Assembly (NCBI RefSeq): GCF_041379765.1
Contig: NZ_CP166919.1
Coordinates: forward strand, 1,799,305 to 1,823,304
Reading direction: 5' to 3'
Length of the DNA stretch: 24,000 nt
Origin: Thalassotalea maritima
GTDB taxonomy: Bacteria; Pseudomonadota; Gammaproteobacteria; Enterobacterales; Alteromonadaceae
Shown here: positions 17,026 through 24,000 of the stretch, in pieces
Position numbering within the stretch: position 1 is the stretch's first letter
How the letters are laid out: the number at the start of each line of letters is the position of its first letter
Position numbers and translations under genes: made by a program
The notes under the pieces: generated by a model
Told to the model about the DNA's origin: nothing
The model's input: the letters and a program-made list of their open reading frames with translations, nothing else
Databases searched by the model: none

Positions 17026-17052
17026 AGTTATCCACAAATTCAGTGGATAACT
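17026..17052. promoter_or_regulatory. Inverted pair of DnaA boxes
   Basis: AGTTATCCAC-AAATTCA-GTGGATAACT is a perfect 10-bp inverted repeat. The top strand reads TTATCCACA (17028-17036, exact consensus). The bottom strand reads TTATCCACT (17042-17050). The gap between the two boxes is 5 bp. Confidence 0.55.
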
Positions 17053-17152
17053 GATTAAGATATTGAATAACTAACAAGTGTTTAATTTGCCAACGAATTG
17101 TATGTAAAATCAGCATGCGATCGCAATGTTAAATATATTATCATTTTTAGTG

Positions 17153-17181
17153 TTGACAGGCTGTGATGAGATATATAATAT
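17153..17181 (+). promoter_or_regulatory. Sigma70 promoter of the tRNA-Asn operon
   Basis: TTGACA (17153-17158), then TATAAT at 17174-17179 (15-nt spacer) or TAATAT at 17176-17181 (17-nt spacer). An A/T-rich UP-like tract lies upstream, and a GC-rich discriminator (CCGCTCCG) lies downstream, as in stable-RNA promoters. Confidence 0.6.
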
Positions 17182-17212
17182 TCCGCTCCGTTAACGCTTA
17201 GCGCGTAACTAC

Positions 17213-17289
17213 TCCCCTGTAGCTCAGTTGGTTAGAGCGGTGGACTGTTAATCCATGTGTCGTCTGTTCAAATCAGACCAGGGGAGCCA
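17213..17289 (+). tRNA. tRNA-Asn (GTT), copy 1 of 7
   Basis: 77 nt. The acceptor stem is TCCCCTG/CAGGGGA, the anticodon loop is CTGTTAA, the T-loop is TTCAAAT, and CCA is encoded. It resembles E. coli tRNA-Asn. Confidence 0.93.
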
Positions 17290-17337
17290 TATTAAAGATA
17301 ATGGCTTCTATTATATAAAGCGGTTATCAAAAATTAT

Positions 17338-17414
17338 TCCCCTGTAGCTCAGTTGGTTAGAGCGGTGGACTGTTAATCCATGTGTCGTCTGTTCAAATCA
17401 GACCAGGGGAGCCA
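17338..17414 (+). tRNA. tRNA-Asn (GTT), copy 2
   Basis: Identical 77-nt sequence to copy 1. Confidence 0.93.
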
Positions 17415-17463
17415 TATTTAGATAATGGCTTCTATTATATAAAAGCGGTTATCAAAAAATTAT

Positions 17464-17540
17464 TCCCCTGTAGCTCAGTTGGTTAGAGCGGTGGACTGTT
17501 AATCCATGTGTCGTCTGTTCAAATCAGACCAGGGGAGCCA
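17464..17540 (+). tRNA. tRNA-Asn (GTT), copy 3
   Basis: Identical 77-nt sequence to copy 1. Confidence 0.93.
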
Positions 17541-17589
17541 TATTTAGATAATGGCTTCTATTGTATAAAAGCGGTTATCAAAAAATTAT

Positions 17590-17666
17590 TCCCCTGTAGC
17601 TCAGTTGGTTAGAGCGGTGGACTGTTAATCCATGTGTCGTCTGTTCAAATCAGACCAGGGGAGCCA
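17590..17666 (+). tRNA. tRNA-Asn (GTT), copy 4
   Basis: Identical 77-nt sequence to copy 1. Confidence 0.93.
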
Positions 17667-17715
17667 TATTTAGATAATGGCTTCTATTGTATAAAAGCGG
17701 TTATCAAAAAATTAT

Positions 17716-17792
17716 TCCCCTGTAGCTCAGTTGGTTAGAGCGGTGGACTGTTAATCCATGTGTCGTCTGTTCAAATCAGACCAGGGGAGCCA
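17716..17792 (+). tRNA. tRNA-Asn (GTT), copy 5
   Basis: Identical 77-nt sequence to copy 1. Confidence 0.93.
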
Positions 17793-17842
17793 TATTTAGA
17801 TAATGGCTTCTATTATATAAAAAGCGGTTATCAAAAAATTAT

Positions 17843-17919
17843 TCCCCTGTAGCTCAGTTGGTTAGAGCGGTGGACTGTTAATCCATGTGTCGTCTGTTCA
17901 AATCAGACCAGGGGAGCCA
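17843..17919 (+). tRNA. tRNA-Asn (GTT), copy 6
   Basis: Identical 77-nt sequence to copy 1. Confidence 0.93.
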
Positions 17920-17969
17920 TATTTAGATAATGGCTTCTATTATATAAAAAGCGGTTATCAAAAAATTAT

Positions 17970-18046
17970 TCCCCTGTAGCTCAGTTGGTTAGAGCGGTGG
18001 ACTGTTAATCCATGTGTCGTCTGTTCAAATCAGACCAGGGGAGCCA
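17970..18046 (+). tRNA. tRNA-Asn (GTT), copy 7
   Basis: Identical 77-nt sequence to copy 1. Confidence 0.93.
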
Positions 18047-18053
18047 TATTACA

Positions 18054-18078
18054 AGGCCTGCTTTGCAGGCCTTTTTTA
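18054..18078 (+). terminator. Rho-independent terminator of the tRNA-Asn operon
   Basis: AGGCCTGC-TTT-GCAGGCCT is followed by TTTTT, 8 nt after the last CCA. Confidence 0.8.
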
Positions 18079-18345
18079 TGTGATAAATTTCACCACAGAT
18101 TGTCCCCTTAATAGCGCCTGTATCCCCTTCTCTATAGCGACATAACAGCAAACAGTGATTGTTCCGTACTGAAAATGCAACCATGCAAAGGTAAATCTTT
18201 GATTAATATCATTATGGGAAGCTGCTTTTACAGACAATGACATAGGATACAAAAGACACCATTATAGGTGTCGACAAATTTTACATGCCGATAGATTTCC
18301 CCTTGTTATTACACATAAGCCATTGATATAAAGCTTAAATCATAT

Positions 18346-18360
18346 TGGAATGATGCTTGC
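18346..18360 (+). promoter_or_regulatory. Candidate sigma54 (-24/-12) promoter upstream of the 18413 ORF
   Basis: TGGAAT-GATGC-TTGC(T) has GG and GC exactly 12 nt apart, matching TGGCAC-N5-TTGCW. The predicted TSS is about 40 nt before the ATG. GAAGGT lies 4 nt upstream of the ATG. Confidence 0.45.
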
Positions 18361-18412
18361 TTAAGTTAGTCAAAGGTGAGCATTATCTTTAATTGAAAAA
18401 TCAGAAGGTAAT

Positions 18413-19234
18413 ATGAAATTCTACATTATTATAATATATGTCGCTGTGTGCCTACTTTCAGGTGCTAGCCAAGCGAATTCTTCAAAAACAGAGAATGACC
18501 CAAAAATTCAAGATCTTAACTTTCAAAATCGCGATAAACTGAATCTAGACTTTAACAGCAATAGTTTTAACCAATCCTCATCAAATATCAGAAGTCTGTT
18601 ATTTGATGAGGCGCCTGCGAACACTACATCAAAACCTGATGATCAAATCGATTTACTTGTTACTGATATGATAAAAGGTAACAACAATACTCAATTGCGC
18701 ATGAAAACCAGTGGGGTTAATGCTTCCATAAATTTAAGTGATGGGCTTGCCGATAGCAATACGCCGATAGAGGAAACAGATCAACACCCCCTAGAATATA
18801 TGGATGTGTTGGGCAACGTTATAGAATCCGATTATGATCGCCTTAAAGAACTGTCACACGAAAAAAAAAGTCGTCAAGCCGAAACCTCACCAACCGATTT
18901 ATTAGAAGGGTTACGTAACGAAGCAGATAATGCGCTCAAGTTTAACGAGATCAGCCCTCAATTAGACGAGGATAACCGTCGTTTAAACGATACTAACCCT
19001 AAACTCGCTATGAGCTCTGACGCTCAGCCTAAAAAAGTACCTAACGCTACTCAAGAGGCTGGTATTACGACACTGCAATCGACTGGCCCACTTCATAACG
19101 TAATGAGTTTCTTATTATCTATAGTAACCTTCTTCACTGCCCCTGACGCTACCAAAATTGCAATGATAGCTGCGGCATTATTGTTGATTCACTTAATTGC
19201 GACATTTATTTCAACTGTGCGAAAAAAATCGTAA
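18413..19234 (+). CDS. Hypothetical secreted protein with a C-terminal membrane anchor
   Basis: 273 aa. The signal peptide is MKFYIIIIYVAVCLLSGASQA|NS. The middle is long, N/S/D/E-rich and low in complexity. The C-terminus has hydrophobic segments ending in RKKS. I do not recognise the family. Confidence 0.55.
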   Translation: MKFYIIIIYVAVCLLSGASQANSSKTENDPKIQDLNFQNRDKLNLDFNSNSFNQSSSNIRSLLFDEAPANTTSKPDDQIDLLVTDMIKGNNNTQLRMKTSGVNASINLSDGLADSNTPIEETDQHPLEYMDVLGNVIESDYDRLKELSHEKKSRQAETSPTDLLEGLRNEADNALKFNEISPQLDEDNRRLNDTNPKLAMSSDAQPKKVPNATQEAGITTLQSTGPLHNVMSFLLSIVTFFTAPDATKIAMIAAALLLIHLIATFISTVRKKS

Positions 19235-19574
19235 GTGGTAACCAACGACATCACTCACGTGCCTTTTAATCACAGGGTTTTGCTTAATCCTGAGTACATT
19301 TGCAAATAGTGCCGCGTCAGTAAAGATAAACATCTCAGCTATCATTAACGAACCGCTCAACAAACAATATGAATAGTGTAAAGAACATGACATTTAACGA
19401 TTAAATTTTTAGGGCGGAAAGGGCTCATATCGTTAATAACGTATTCTAGTGCATTGCTAAATAATGATATGACCATAATATCTTCAGCTTAATCCATAGA
19501 GACCGTTAACAAATTCAAGCAAACCTTTTAATTTTTTTTGCCAATAAACCATTGTACAATCCCCGTCTTATATC

Positions 19575-19623
19575 GATGCAAATTATCGGCGCGTATCACT
19601 GATAATCTTGATGCATATTATCG
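19575..19623. promoter_or_regulatory. Two 14-bp direct repeats flanking a short palindrome upstream of the LysE-family gene
   Basis: GATGCAAATTATCG (19575-19588) and GATGCATATTATCG (19610-19623) match at 13 of 14 positions with a 35-bp period. TATCA-C-TGATA lies between them. Confidence 0.3.
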
Positions 19624-19687
19624 AGTTTTGCCCTTATCTAGGCGCTGAACGAGCGAAATTTGAAGTTACGAGGATAAGTATCTACAT

Positions 19688-20308
19688 ATGGACATTACCC
19701 AGCTAACACTTTTTGTTACCACATTTTTCTTTGTCAGTATCACCCCTGGGATGTGTATGACACTGGCGTTAACGTTAGGTATGAGTGTTGGTATTCGTCG
19801 CACTATGTGGATGATGTATGGTGAATTGTTAGGCGTTGCCAGCGTTGCTATCGCCTCTGTACTAGGTGTGGCGACCATGATGCTCGCCTTTCCAACATTC
19901 TTTACGGTATTTAAATTCTTAGGCGCCACTTATCTCATCTTTTTGGCCTATCAGATGTGGTTAAGCAAAGGTAAGATGGCAATTCAATACAGCCTTGATG
20001 AGAGGCAGTCAGTGTCTCGTAAAGGCTTATTTAGCCAAGGCTTTTTCACCGCAATCGCTAACCCCAAAGGTTGGGCGTTTATGATCTCATTATTACCGCC
20101 CTTTATCAATCCAGGGCAGGCATTAACACCACAGCTTAGCCTACTCGTTAGCATCATTTTACTGTCAGAATTTGTCTGTATGATGATTTACGCCAGTGGC
20201 GGCAAAAGCTTAGGTTTATTGATCGCAAAATCGGAAAATGTCCGTATGGTAAATCGCCTGTCAGCGCTATTAATGGCCCTTGTGGCACTGTGGTTGTTAC
20301 TCAGTTAA
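19688..20308 (+). CDS. LysE/RhtB-family amino-acid exporter
   Basis: 206 aa with 6 TM segments. The N-terminal FFFVSITPGM motif and overall size are typical of the LysE superfamily. Confidence 0.8.
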   Translation: MDITQLTLFVTTFFFVSITPGMCMTLALTLGMSVGIRRTMWMMYGELLGVASVAIASVLGVATMMLAFPTFFTVFKFLGATYLIFLAYQMWLSKGKMAIQYSLDERQSVSRKGLFSQGFFTAIANPKGWAFMISLLPPFINPGQALTPQLSLLVSIILLSEFVCMMIYASGGKSLGLLIAKSENVRMVNRLSALLMALVALWLLLS

Positions 20309-20452
20309 TCAGTTACCATGGTGTTATAAAAATGATACCAAGTAACGTAAACCAACTAAGCGACAACGACTGAACCATATCGATGCAGGTAAAAGGTTGT
20401 CTGGGCTAGCCAATCAACCTGCGCCTGCATCAACGCGAAATCAAGGTATCGG

Positions 20453-20899
20453 TTATTGATAACTCATGAACTCGTAGGACACTGACGACACATGGCCTGA
20501 ACCGTCGTCAATGGTTAATTGCATCTGCCAAATCATGCTCTGCTCAATACAAGCACCAATCATAGTTTTGGCGTAAAACAGCCCATTTCGGAAGTGAAAC
20601 ACGAGTGGGATTTTCCCCATGTACATATCTTTGCCTTCCAAATACCCCTCTATACGAACCGACTCATCGAAACGCTCAGACACCAAGTAGAACACAACCT
20701 CGCTTTCCGACTTTATCACATCTGGCTCAGCACTTAATTCAATCGGTGCCAACCATTGTTGGTTTATACACGAGCCTTGTTGAAAGTCACAACCTTCAAA
20801 TTGTCTATCATCAGATAGGCCAGGTAACGATTGGTGATTGTTCACCACAGCCCATAGTAACGCCAATAAAATAACGCCAACCGCATAATTTTTAAACAA
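20453..20899 (-). CDS. Hypothetical protein with an N-terminal signal/anchor; TTG start
   Basis: 148 aa. AGAGGAA lies about 7 nt upstream of TTG. The N-terminal hydrophobic helix is VGVILLALLWAVV. I do not recognise the family. Confidence 0.55.
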   Translation of the reverse strand: MFKNYAVGVILLALLWAVVNNHQSLPGLSDDRQFEGCDFQQGSCINQQWLAPIELSAEPDVIKSESEVVFYLVSERFDESVRIEGYLEGKDMYMGKIPLVFHFRNGLFYAKTMIGACIEQSMIWQMQLTIDDGSGHVSSVSYEFMSYQ

Positions 20900-20978
20900 A
20901 TTATATTCCTCTAATACTGCATATACTGACTTAGCGCAGGGGATTTTCTACATTTTAATTACAAATTACAACGATTTG

Positions 20979-20992
20979 TTGATCTAGGTCAT
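20979..20992. promoter_or_regulatory. Candidate FNR/Anr-type box upstream of ccoN
   Basis: TTGATCTAGGTCAT matches the TTGAT-N4-ATCAA consensus at 8 of 10 positions. It lies about 200 nt upstream of the ccoN ATG, in the divergent intergenic region. Confidence 0.3.
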
Positions 20993-21187
20993 AATTTCCT
21001 TAGACATGACGTGACATTGCCTAGCAAACTCTATATCATCGCCTCCGAAAAATAACAATATGCGTGTGTTGTTTTTTTGAACTATAACTATAGGTTAACA
21101 AATAGTGTGTGGCCCTGTGTTTACGCCGATTTAAGTAACCTTTTATGCTCACATCAACTTAATAACTATAAGTGTGGAACCTTTAAT

Positions 21188-22612
21188 ATGAGTCAAAGCA
21201 ATCTGACAGAAATGGATTACAACTACAAAGTTGTGCGCCAGTTTACTGTAATGACTGTAATTTGGGGTATAGTTGGCACATTTGTAGGTGTGTTAATCGC
21301 TGCTCAGTTAATCTGGCCAGAGCTTAATTTTGAAACACCTTGGCTAACGTACTCTCGCTTACGTCCATTACATACCAATGCGGTGATTTTCGCTTTTGGT
21401 ACCAGTGCGTTATTTGCAACGTCTTACTACGTTGTACAACGTACCTGTAAAACCACCCTATTTGGTGGCGCTCTTGTGCCATTTACCTTCTGGGGCTGGC
21501 AAGCCGTTATCGTGCTTGCTGCTATCACATTACCTTTAGGTATTACCTCTTCTAAAGAATACGCTGAGCTAGAATGGCCAATTGATATTCTTATCACCTT
21601 AGTATGGGTATCTTACATCATCGTTTTCTTTGGTACCTTATATCAACGTAAGACGTCTCATGTTTATGTTGCTAACTGGTTCTTCGGCGGCTTCATCATT
21701 ACCGTTGCAGTATTGCACATTGGTAACTCAATGGCTGTGCCATTAACCTTCACTAAGTCATACTCGCTATACTCAGGTGCAATCGATGCGATGATGCAAT
21801 GGTGGTACGGTCACAATGCCGTAGGTTTCCTTTTAACCGCAGGTTTCCTTGGTATGATGTACTACTTTGTACCAAAACAAGCTGAGCGTCCGGTTTACTC
21901 TTACCGTTTATCAATTGTTCACTTCTGGGCATTGGTATCACTATATATTTGGGCTGGTCCTCACCACTTACACTACACAGCACTACCTGACTGGACGCAA
22001 AGTTTAGGTATGGTGATGTCAGTTGTTCTATTCCTACCGTCTTGGGGTGGTATGATCAACGGTATCATGACCCTGTCTGGTGCATGGCACAAACTTCGCC
22101 ATGACCCAATTTTACGTTTCCTAATCGTGTCATTGTCTTTCTACGGTATGTCTACCTTCGAAGGTCCAATGATGGCGATCAAATCGGTAAATGCCTTATC
22201 TCACTACACTGACTGGACCGTTGGTCACGTTCACTCTGGTGCACTTGGTTGGGTTGCGATGGTATCTATCGGTGCGATGTACCACTTGATCCCTGTCCTA
22301 TTTGGTCAAGGTCGTATGTACAGCGTGAAACTTATCAACGTTCACTTCTGGATGCACACAACAGGTATCGTTCTATACATTGTTGCGATGTGGATTTCAG
22401 GTGTAATGCAAGGTCTAATGTGGCGTGCGGTTAATACCGACGGTACCTTAACCTACAGCTTCGTTGAGTCGTTACAAGCATCTTACCCATTCTACTTCAT
22501 GCGCTTTGTTGGTGGCTGTTTCGTAGTGGCTGGCTTCTTGTTAATGGCTTACAACATGTTTAAAACTATCGGCGCCAAAGAAGGTAGTTTACAAAAAGAA
22601 GCTATCGCTTAA
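21188..22612 (+). CDS. ccoN: cbb3-type cytochrome c oxidase subunit I
   Basis: 474 aa from the ATG at 21188 ([19 protein letters not shown]). It has 12 or more TM segments and conserved His-containing segments ([38 protein letters not shown]). The track ORF from 21077 adds a non-hydrophobic TTG-initiated extension. Confidence 0.95.
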   Translation: MSQSNLTEMDYNYKVVRQFTVMTVIWGIVGTFVGVLIAAQLIWPELNFETPWLTYSRLRPLHTNAVIFAFGTSALFATSYYVVQRTCKTTLFGGALVPFTFWGWQAVIVLAAITLPLGITSSKEYAELEWPIDILITLVWVSYIIVFFGTLYQRKTSHVYVANWFFGGFIITVAVLHIGNSMAVPLTFTKSYSLYSGAIDAMMQWWYGHNAVGFLLTAGFLGMMYYFVPKQAERPVYSYRLSIVHFWALVSLYIWAGPHHLHYTALPDWTQSLGMVMSVVLFLPSWGGMINGIMTLSGAWHKLRHDPILRFLIVSLSFYGMSTFEGPMMAIKSVNALSHYTDWTVGHVHSGALGWVAMVSIGAMYHLIPVLFGQGRMYSVKLINVHFWMHTTGIVLYIVAMWISGVMQGLMWRAVNTDGTLTYSFVESLQASYPFYFMRFVGGCFVVAGFLLMAYNMFKTIGAKEGSLQKEAIA

Positions 22613-22623
22613 GGAGTTGAACG

Positions 22624-23295
22624 ATGCAAAATAAACATGAAAAAGTTGAAAAGCACATTGGTTGGTTCTTTACAGCAACTATCGCTGCTATCAGTATCGG
22701 TGGTTTGGTAGAAATCACGCCATTGTTCTTCCAAAAAGAAACGACTCAGCCGGTTGACAATTTACGTCCTTATACCGCGCTTGAAATGGAAGGTCGTGAT
22801 ATATACATCCGTGAAGGTTGTAACAACTGTCACTCACAAATGATCCGTCCATTCCGTGCTGAAACCGAACGTTACGGTCACTACTCTGTTGCTGGTGAAT
22901 CTGTTTGGGAACACCCATTCTTGTGGGGTTCGAAACGTACTGGTCCTGATCTAGCCCGTGTTGGCGGTCGTTACTCAGATGACTGGCATTATGCTCACTT
23001 GATGGATCCTCGTTCAGTTGTACCTGAGTCAAACATGCCATCGTACAAGTGGTTAGCAGAAACTCCTATCAGCAACAAGTTATCTGCTGATAAGATGGAA
23101 CTGTTTAACATGTTAACGAAAAATCGTAGCCATAAAGACTCGGATGGTAACCCTATCCCACTTTACTCGGCTGAAGATATCGCTAACGCTGGTAAAGAGT
23201 TTGCTACCACAAAGAGTATTACTGGTAAGGAAGGTCTAACTGAAATGGACGCCCTTATCGCTTATTTACAATCACTTGGTCACGCGTTGAAATAA
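22624..23295 (+). CDS. ccoO: cbb3-type cytochrome c oxidase subunit II (monohaem c)
   Basis: 223 aa with an N-terminal TM segment, the CNNCHS haem motif and [16 protein letters not shown]. Confidence 0.95.
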   Translation: MQNKHEKVEKHIGWFFTATIAAISIGGLVEITPLFFQKETTQPVDNLRPYTALEMEGRDIYIREGCNNCHSQMIRPFRAETERYGHYSVAGESVWEHPFLWGSKRTGPDLARVGGRYSDDWHYAHLMDPRSVVPESNMPSYKWLAETPISNKLSADKMELFNMLTKNRSHKDSDGNPIPLYSAEDIANAGKEFATTKSITGKEGLTEMDALIAYLQSLGHALK

Positions 23296-23297
23296 TT

Positions 23298-23480
23298 ATG
23301 GATATAGGCACCTTACGAGGCATTTTTACGGTTCTGATTTTTGTGTTGTTCATTATCATTGTGATTTGGGCATTCAGTAAACGCCGTAAATCATCTTTTG
23401 ATGAGGCCGCCAATTCTATTTTTGAAGACGACGATAAAAAGCAAGTGAAAGAGAAACAGGAGACTAATAATAATGTCTAG
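23298..23480 (+). CDS. ccoQ: cbb3-type oxidase small subunit CcoQ
   Basis: 60 aa single-TM protein between ccoO and ccoP, in the conserved operon position. Confidence 0.8.
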   Translation: MDIGTLRGIFTVLIFVLFIIIVIWAFSKRRKSSFDEAANSIFEDDDKKQVKEKQETNNNV

Positions 23481-24000
23481 CTTCTGGAGTGCATGGATAA
23501 TCGTTCTAACCTTAGGTACTTTGGTTGGTTGTTGGATACTGTTACGCTGGTGTTTGAAAAACTTTGCGGGCGTTCCTGAAGGCGAACCAATGGATCACGA
23601 GTTTGACGGAATCCAAGAACTAAACAACCCACTACCAAAGTGGTGGAGTACCTTCTTCTTAGTAACCATCATCTGGGGTTTCGGCTATTTATCCCTATAT
23701 CCAGGTTTAGGTAACTTCCAAGGTCTACTAGGTTGGAAGAGCTCGAACCAAGATGTAATGAGTTTAGAAGACTCTGCCGTGAAAAACGCAGCTGCAAAAG
23801 AAAACGGATTAGCGATTCAATACGACCGTGAAATCGATGCGGCTAACGAGCGTTTCGGTCCTATCTTCGCGCAATTTGCTGAACAAGAGATTGTTGACTT
23901 AGCGCAAAATGAAGAAGCTCTGAAAATCGGTCAGCGTTTATTCTTACAAAACTGTTCGCAATGTCACGGCTCTGATGCCAAAGGCACAACAGGCTTCCCT
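23473..24000 (+). CDS. ccoP: cbb3-type cytochrome c oxidase subunit III (dihaem c), N-terminal 176 codons; truncated by the window end
   Basis: The ATG at 23473 overlaps the ccoQ 3' end. The sequence reads MSSFWSAWIIVLTLGTLVG...IQELNNPLPKWW...CSQCHG (first haem motif). It is not in the ORF track because no stop lies in the window. Confidence 0.9.
   Translation, partial: MSSFWSAWIIVLTLGTLVGCWILLRWCLKNFAGVPEGEPMDHEFDGIQELNNPLPKWWSTFFLVTIIWGFGYLSLYPGLGNFQGLLGWKSSNQDVMSLEDSAVKNAAAKENGLAIQYDREIDAANERFGPIFAQFAEQEIVDLAQNEEALKIGQRLFLQNCSQCHGSDAKGTTGFP

Larger units (their letters stand above)
17213..18046 (+). repeat. Tandem array of 125-127-bp units (77-nt tRNA plus 48-50-nt spacer), seven units
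   Basis: Unit starts are 17213, 17338, 17464, 17590, 17716, 17843 and 17970. Spacers differ only by A-run lengths, one A/G SNP, and a TTAAAG versus TTTAG difference in the first spacer. Confidence 0.95.

Noticed and set aside
17213-18046. Regular repeat-spacer periodicity of about 126 bp that could superficially look like a CRISPR array.
   Set aside because: The 77-nt repeats fold as canonical tRNA-Asn cloverleaves with encoded CCA. The spacers are near-identical to each other rather than unique. No cas genes are present.
19394-19436. Hairpin TTAACGAT-N27-ATCGTTAA downstream of the 18413-19234 ORF.
   Set aside because: It lies 160 nt past the stop codon, has a long loop and lacks a T-tract. 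It cannot be distinguished from a chance AT-rich inverted repeat.
20370-20430. Inverted repeat GATGCAGG-N34-CCTGCATC, with an alternative GCAGGT/ACCTGC pairing, between the convergent LysE and 20453 genes. It was considered as a terminator or a repeat element.
   Set aside because: The loop is very long, there is no T-run on either strand, and there is no second copy in the window. Support is insufficient for a terminator or a REP-type element call.
21077-21187. N-terminal extensions of track ORFs: ccoN from 21077 (TTG), the regulator from 11484, the MATE gene to 16764, and the membrane protein to 6108.
   Set aside because: The extensions overlap neighbouring genes or intergenic promoter regions. 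They lack SD sequences and are absent from the conserved N-termini of these families. Internal ATGs with better context were used instead.

Overview
This is a 24-kb chromosomal segment from an AT-rich gammaproteobacterium. Gene content suggests a marine Alteromonadales-like organism, which is inference only. Most of the window is housekeeping.

Gene order:
- polB (5' fragment, minus strand) lies divergent from dinG, with one perfect LexA box between them.
- A TSUP-family membrane protein follows, then queE and queC in divergent orientation.
- A minus-strand run of three small membrane-protein genes plus an ABM-domain gene comes next.
- An IS200/IS605-family element of about 1.8 kb carries an intact TnpB, a single-frameshift TnpA, and two same-orientation 32-nt subterminal hairpins.
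- Next are an orphan secreted protein, a sensor kinase with a sigma54-dependent (NtrC-type) response regulator, and a small ORF.
- uvrB sits 9 nt downstream of a MATE transporter gene, and a LexA-box core is buried in the MATE 3' end.
- A 0.5-kb AT-rich spacer contains a perfect inverted pair of DnaA boxes.
- A single-promoter, single-terminator operon holds seven identical tRNA-Asn(GTT) genes.
- The window ends with an orphan secreted/anchored protein behind a sigma54-type promoter, a LysE-family exporter, a hypothetical protein, and ccoNOQP (ccoP truncated at the window end).

Main leads:
- The TnpB element and its predicted omegaRNA.
- A possible local sigma54 circuit, with two -24/-12-like promoters and recurring TCCCC motifs.
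- The DARS1-like DnaA-box pair next to the uvrB operon.
- The tRNA-Asn array, whose spacer variants are arranged pairwise.

I saw no CRISPR array, no rRNA and no recognisable defence island. All calls come from reading the sequence and from motif recall. No database search was run.
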